A DNA stretch of 63,935 nucleotides, counting the filler, from Candidatus Zapsychrus exili (lineage in GTDB: Bacteria > Omnitrophota > Gorgyraeia > Zapsychrales > Zapsychraceae): NCBI GenBank assembly GCA_030765585.1. It is 5 parts of 5 records of this genome, joined end to end, with 100 filler letters (N's around TTAATTAATTAA, not from the genome) between each part and the next. Parts side by side here need not be neighbours in the genome. Positions count along the whole stretch, not along the records: positions 54,481 to 60,276 come from JAVCCJ010000041.1; positions 60,377 to 63,935 come from JAVCCJ010000007.1; 3 more parts are not named here. The stretch is one strand, 5' to 3'. The position numbers and the translations under genes were made by a program. Within the stretch, counting starts at the first letter, position 1. Each line of letters begins with the position of its first letter. Below the pieces are notes generated by a model. It made no database searches. It was given only the letters and a program-made list of their open reading frames with translations, and was not told where the DNA came from. This document shows positions 59,392-63,935 of this stretch, piece by piece.

Positions 59392-60276
59392 CTAATCTAA
59401 ATTTTCCAATACCTTCACGTCCTCTTTCATATGCACAGTAGGTAAATGAGCATATTTCATTGTATCACGAATATCAGAATGACCCAATAACTCTTTTATT
59501 TTGTAAATATCCACGCCTTTTTTCAATAGAAATGTGGCGTACGAATGTCTAAGCTCATGCAATCTGGTAAGACCGGCGATATTTGCTCTTTTTGCTATCC
59601 TCATAAGAACCCGCCTTGGCATATGTTTTGAATATGGCCCAAACAGAACTGGACTGTTTTTCGGTAGACTTGTTAATACCTGCTTGAGGCTATCGTGTAT
59701 GGGAATTATTCTTTCTTTGGCTTTACCTGTTTTTTTATTTATTCCTTTGGGCCGAAAATTTTCTTTATTGCGTATATATATTAAACCTCTTTCGAGATCT
59801 ATATCGCTCCATTCAAGACTAAGAAGTTCTGATTTTCTTAATCCGGTATGTATAAAAGTGTAGAACATAGGATAAAATTCTTTAAATTCGCTTTTACAAA
59901 TAGTCATAAATTTAGTATATTCTCCTTCTGTTAATACTTTTATTGGTTTTGAATCAATTATTTCGACCGATTTCAAATTTTTAGCCGGATTTTCAGATAA
60001 ATAATCCCACTCTACCGCTTTACAAAAAAAGGCCTTTAAAACAATGACATGATTTTTTAGTGTGCAGGTTTTAACTTGATTTAATCTATGCTGTTTATAG
60101 TTTTCAAGCAGTTTGGGCGTAATATCTGATAGGTTTTTGATATTAGGATATTCCTTGAGAAAATTAACGAATGTTTTTAGAATAGATGTATAGCTGCGAA
60201 GAGTTTGAGCGCGACGGTTAATTTTTATCCATTCTAAATAATCAGAAATAAAAACTTCTACAGATTTTTTTAAGAA
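59392..60276 (-). mobile_element. Tyrosine recombinase/integrase (5' end cut by gap; frame open well upstream of the ORF-track start)
   Basis: TGLRKSEL, HELRHSYAT, LLGHSDIRDTMKY catalytic motifs; upstream core-binding region ...NHVIVLKAFF...W.YLSENPA in frame to 60276. Confidence 0.9.
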
Positions 60277-60376
60277 NNNNNNNNNNNNNNNNNNNNNNNN
60301 NNNNNNNNNNNNNNNNNNNNTTAATTAATTAANNNNNNNNNNNNNNNNNNNNNNNNNNNNNNNNNNNNNNNNNNNN
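60277..60376. other. Artificial contig linker
   Basis: Ns plus TTAATTAATTAA. Confidence 0.97.
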
Positions 60377-60796
60377 CAGGGAAATAGTAATACTTATTTT
60401 ACGTTTCTTGTTATTACTTTAGTTGTTGGTATCATAGTCTTTATTTCTGGAAATTGTTGTATAATTACTTATAAAACAGAAATTCATATGTGGGAAAAAG
60501 ATATTGTTGCGTGTCAAGAAAATTATGAAGAAGTTCATAGTATTATGAAGGATTTTCTAAAAGATTATCCTATGGAAAAAGAGGTTTACGATAATTTTAA
60601 GAATCTTAGTTTTTTACTTCATTTACCTGAAGTAAAAAGTAATATATTGTTATCTGAGCAGATTAATAATCTGAAAGAATTAAAATGTGAGATTAAGTTA
60701 CTTAGGTTTAAAATTAATTCACATCAACAAAATTTAGAGTGGCATAAAATTCTGGGTTTTGGGGCATATATTCGAGTTCTTTCTACAGATTCTTAG
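60377..60796 (+). CDS. Hypothetical membrane protein (frame open from contig start)
   Basis: In-frame upstream extension QGNSNTYFTFLVITLVVGIIVFISG... contains a TM segment. Confidence 0.55.
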   Translation, partial: QGNSNTYFTFLVITLVVGIIVFISGNCCIITYKTEIHMWEKDIVACQENYEEVHSIMKDFLKDYPMEKEVYDNFKNLSFLLHLPEVKSNILLSEQINNLKELKCEIKLLRFKINSHQQNLEWHKILGFGAYIRVLSTDS

Positions 60797-60928
60797 TAAT
60801 TTGTTATTTTGTTTTAGAAGAGGTAATAGTGGAGGAAAATGTTTTTAGATATTGTTTTGGTGTTTTTGGGGATTAGTTATTGAAGATATTTGTTAGGGAT
60901 GATGAACTACTAGAACAAGGAGATTTCG

Positions 60929-61699
60929 ATGGGTAATGAATTGACTCTGAATGGTTTGTATTGGGTAATTGGTATTTGTTTCTTTATATTTGGGGCTATC
61001 ATGATCTTTCTTGGATCTATTTCTATGACTGTTAAGTCTAAGGTGAAAGTTCTTTTCATAAGAGCGAGTATTCGGTTGAAAAATCTTTGGACTTTAATTA
61101 AGAATCATCGGAAATGGATTAGAGGGTTTTTGTTAGGAGTTGTTTTTGTTGGTGCGGTTATTTTTGCTATTCATTGGGAAGGTGTTTCTCAAAAATGGTT
61201 TACTCCTTCTTTACAAGAACAGTTGGTTGAGATTGATGAAGAATATCAGGGTTTGATTAAATCTGATCAAGGTATTCAGAATCTTGAAACTGATATTGTT
61301 AATTTGGAATCTCAGATGAATAAGGTTCAACAGAATATTCAGGAAAAGGTTAAGTTGGTTAGTTGTCTTAAAAGCCAAGTGGAAGGTAAGGGGTTAACGG
61401 AAAGTATTGTTGTAGATGATAATACTTATATTGTTCGTGATTTGATTCGTGAGATTCGTATTGTGAATGTAAATATTGGTTCTTTGAATTTTAATCTTCA
61501 ATCTTTTAATCAAGAGAGGGTAGAACTTGTGAAAAGATTGGGAATTTTGAGAGAGCAATATGTTCAGCAATCTGAAGATTATGTTCAAGGAATTCAGGTA
61601 AGTTCTCATTTGGAAGCTTCAGAGATTATTGGTGAAAATCAAGAGATTGCTGAAGCGTTTATGGATGGGGGAGATATTGCGGATTCTTGTTCTGAATGA
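60929..61699 (+). CDS. Hypothetical protein with two TM segments and a coiled coil
   Basis: AGGAG SD, two hydrophobic stretches, heptad-rich C-terminal half. Confidence 0.7.
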   Translation: MGNELTLNGLYWVIGICFFIFGAIMIFLGSISMTVKSKVKVLFIRASIRLKNLWTLIKNHRKWIRGFLLGVVFVGAVIFAIHWEGVSQKWFTPSLQEQLVEIDEEYQGLIKSDQGIQNLETDIVNLESQMNKVQQNIQEKVKLVSCLKSQVEGKGLTESIVVDDNTYIVRDLIREIRIVNVNIGSLNFNLQSFNQERVELVKRLGILREQYVQQSEDYVQGIQVSSHLEASEIIGENQEIAEAFMDGGDIADSCSE

Positions 61700-61728
61700 T
61701 TAGGTAATTGATATTTTTTGTTTATAAT

Positions 61729-61773
61729 AAATCTACCTTGTATTATATTCCCGATGTAAGGTAGATTTTTTTT
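61729..61773 (+). terminator. Rho-independent terminator candidate
   Basis: AAATCTACCTT...AAGGTAGATTT followed by a T run. Confidence 0.65.
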
Positions 61774-61797
61774 AGTTAAGGGAATTGGAGTTTTGAA

Positions 61798-62436
61798 ATG
61801 TATCATAGATATACTGAAGCTGAGAAGAAATGGTTGAAGGGATATGAGTTAACTGGGTGTACTTCTGTTCCTTTGAAAAAGCTTGCAAGGGAGTTTAAGA
61901 AGAAATTTAAGATTAGTATTTCTTCTAAGGCATTATATGCTAAGGCTGCAATTTTGCAGGGAAAATGGCCTTCGGGTAATGGAGGAGTAGTTGTTAGAAG
62001 TAAGCATCATTATACTTTTGAACAAAAAAATGAGCTAGAAACTTGTAATCTTCCAGGTTCTTCTTTGAGATCAAAGAAGAGTTGGGGAAGAAAGATGAAT
62101 AAAATTTTAGGTACAAAATGTACCTGGGATGCTCTTTTGCATCAGGCAAAATCATTGAGAGGTGATTGGCAACCTGGAGGTAAAAAGAAAGAAGTTTCTA
62201 AGCCTCAAGATACTCGGATTAAGGTTGGGACGAAATCTAAGGAAACTCAGATTATGGAAGATCAGGAATTTGAGTATATTCTTTTACTCAGGGGAGAAGA
62301 GGTTTTGCGTGGTGAGTTTAAAATTGATATATTTGAGGAGAAAAATAAGGGATTATTCGCAGTAGTTAATGGTAAGAGAGTCTGGCAAGGTGATATTGGT
62401 GATGAAGTTGTTGTTGGTAAAAAAGATCTTGATTAA
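61798..62436 (+). CDS. Hypothetical basic protein with two internal ~68-aa repeats (Myb/homeodomain-like, putative DNA binding)
   Basis: HRYTEAEKKWL...ALYAKAAILQGKWPSG versus HHYTFEQKNEL...ALLHQAKSLRGDWQPG; GGAG SD. Confidence 0.6.
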   Translation: MYHRYTEAEKKWLKGYELTGCTSVPLKKLAREFKKKFKISISSKALYAKAAILQGKWPSGNGGVVVRSKHHYTFEQKNELETCNLPGSSLRSKKSWGRKMNKILGTKCTWDALLHQAKSLRGDWQPGGKKKEVSKPQDTRIKVGTKSKETQIMEDQEFEYILLLRGEEVLRGEFKIDIFEEKNKGLFAVVNGKRVWQGDIGDEVVVGKKDLD

Positions 62437-62451
62437 GGAGGTGATGTAAAT

Positions 62452-62940
62452 TTGAAACCCTTAGACAGCTCTATTCGGGATAGACTAAATGTTAGTCTAA
62501 CAAATGAGATGAATGGAAACCGAGCGAAGCTTGCAAGAGCCATTGGTTTTCCAGAATCAACTTTTCGTAAAATTTGGAATGGAGGTAATATTTCTCGTCC
62601 TAGTTTGCAAAAGATTCAGGATTTTTTGAAAAGATATCCTTCAGGGGTAGTTCAGGGTGTTTCTTTGCCTTCTAAAGAACATCTTGAAAGATCTCAGTTA
62701 TTGAAATTAGTAAGTAAAAGAGTAGAGAAGTTGAAATATATTCTTTTGCTTCTTGAGGAAGAGCTTGGAGAATTTCGTGATGATTCTCCTGAAATAAGAG
62801 AAATTTTAAGAAAGTTATTGGATATTGATGATATTGGATATGTTGCAAGTTTACTTACTATGATTTGTGATGAGAAGCAATTTCAGAGATGGCGTGTATT
62901 GAGTAGTAATGGATTTAACTCATTTAAAGGAGGTAAATAG
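62452..62940 (+). CDS. XRE/Cro-like helix-turn-helix protein
   Basis: RAKLARAIGFPESTFRKIWNG...SLQKI; AAGGAGGT SD. Confidence 0.65.
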   Translation: MKPLDSSIRDRLNVSLTNEMNGNRAKLARAIGFPESTFRKIWNGGNISRPSLQKIQDFLKRYPSGVVQGVSLPSKEHLERSQLLKLVSKRVEKLKYILLLLEEELGEFRDDSPEIREILRKLLDIDDIGYVASLLTMICDEKQFQRWRVLSSNGFNSFKGGK

Positions 62941-63935
62941 ATGAGTAGAAAAGTTGGTCTTGATTTTGGAAGTACGTCATTAGCTGTTAAAAGCCTCGGA
63001 AGGACATATAAAGGTTCTGCAGATGCTGCAAAAGAGCCTATCTGTAATGCTTTAGATGAGCATCTTAATCCAGATAATTCTGAACGGGCAAAGAAACTTG
63101 GTATTTGTAAGGTAATTTATACTCTGAAGAAAAATAAGATTATAATTGAAATGCCTTATGGTATGGATGAAGCAAGATTTGAAGAAGCTGTTCAAAATAT
63201 TGCTAAGTCTATTAAAGAGGGTGTTGATTATACTCAGATTGGACATCAGGCTATTGGGTTATTTAGTTGGTTTCAGTTTGCAGGGCAGTGTGTTTATTTT
63301 TCTAAGCATGAAAAACATGAGCCCACTATCAAGGTTACTGTAAAAGAAGGTCTTGATGATGCAGATTTTGAAACTGCTCGAAGTCATGAAAGCTTGAAAG
63401 AGCCTGGGATGAAGTTAATTATATCTAATCTTCATTTTGATCCTACAAGAGGTACGAATCCTCTTTCAGCTATCCGATTTCAGAAGTATCTTGGTAATAA
63501 ATTTAATCATTATCTTAGAGAGGGATTTCTTGAAATTGAAATTCATTCAAAGGGTAAAAGTTATCAGGTAGAACCTATTTTAATTAATCTTCCAAGGATT
63601 GCTGAGGATTATTCTCTTCTTTATGTGAGGGGAGATGATTCTAAACAGATTGGAATGGAGTTGTATTTTGATGCTTCTGGAAAAGGTGTTGTGTCTATAA
63701 GGCATAGAAAAGTTCCAAATGTTGAAGACATTAGGACTCTTGATGCCTTGGGGTTTGAATCAAGTATTTTTGGTTCTGGTTTTATAACAGGGTTTTTAGA
63801 TCCGACTTTTCTTACTCCAGATACAGGTAAGACAAGTTTTACTGAGAATGAATCTTGGTTTGATTTTATTGCTAAGATGAATGAAATCGCTGCATCTGTA
63901 GAAGCAGAGATTGAAAGTCTTAAGGAAATGGAGTC
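62941..63935 (+). CDS. GHKL (MORC/Hsp90-like) ATPase-domain protein, runs off window end; missing from ORF track
   Basis: Manual translation MSRKVGLDFG...AKEPICNALDE...IEMPYGMD...QIGHQAIGLFSW...PGMKLII..., open to 63935; GGAGGT SD overlaps the upstream gene end. Confidence 0.7.
   Translation, partial: MSRKVGLDFGSTSLAVKSLGRTYKGSADAAKEPICNALDEHLNPDNSERAKKLGICKVIYTLKKNKIIIEMPYGMDEARFEEAVQNIAKSIKEGVDYTQIGHQAIGLFSWFQFAGQCVYFSKHEKHEPTIKVTVKEGLDDADFETARSHESLKEPGMKLIISNLHFDPTRGTNPLSAIRFQKYLGNKFNHYLREGFLEIEIHSKGKSYQVEPILINLPRIAEDYSLLYVRGDDSKQIGMELYFDASGKGVVSIRHRKVPNVEDIRTLDALGFESSIFGSGFITGFLDPTFLTPDTGKTSFTENESWFDFIAKMNEIAASVEAEIESLKEME

Noticed and set aside
59392..60276. Integrase as the enzyme that shuffles DxAM cassettes
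   Set aside because: It is on a different contig with defence genes, and nothing in the sequence links it to the modular genes.
63052..63343. ORFs 63052-63246 (-) and 63146-63343 (+)
   Set aside because: Shadows of the longer GHKL ATPase frame starting at 62941.

Overview
Five assembly contigs (1-14243, 14344-25141, 25242-54380, 54481-60276, 60377-63935) from an AT-rich bacterium are joined by artificial 100-nt N/TTAATTAATTAA linkers, so adjacency across gaps means nothing. The protein family at 14344-16124 and 42620-45757 suggests Candidatus Omnitrophota (inference). Contig 1 is a pseudaminic-acid-type surface glycan cluster with many tailoring enzymes. Contig 2 holds a secreted modular protein, AddAB-like helicase/nuclease genes, MscS and a SurA-like chaperone. 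Contig 3 is mostly housekeeping genes (prmC to proS) plus a second modular protein and many palindromic repeats, some inserted in frame into genes. Contig 4 is an integrase-linked defence island (RloA/RloB-like, hsdM, TIR, small membrane protein). Contig 5 has hypothetical genes ending in a MORC/GHKL-like ATPase. Best candidate for an undescribed system: two paralogous signal-peptide proteins sharing a ~370-390 aa N-terminal domain followed by unrelated enzyme-like modules (JAB-like, GHKL-like, SAM-methyltransferase-like). Each module starts at a D-x-A-M motif encoded by GAYNNNGCGATGRTR, and the complete copy ends in a GGIDLN domain. This looks like a cassette-built polymorphic effector polyprotein. 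Second candidate: a TIR plus small membrane protein pair directly behind hsdM.
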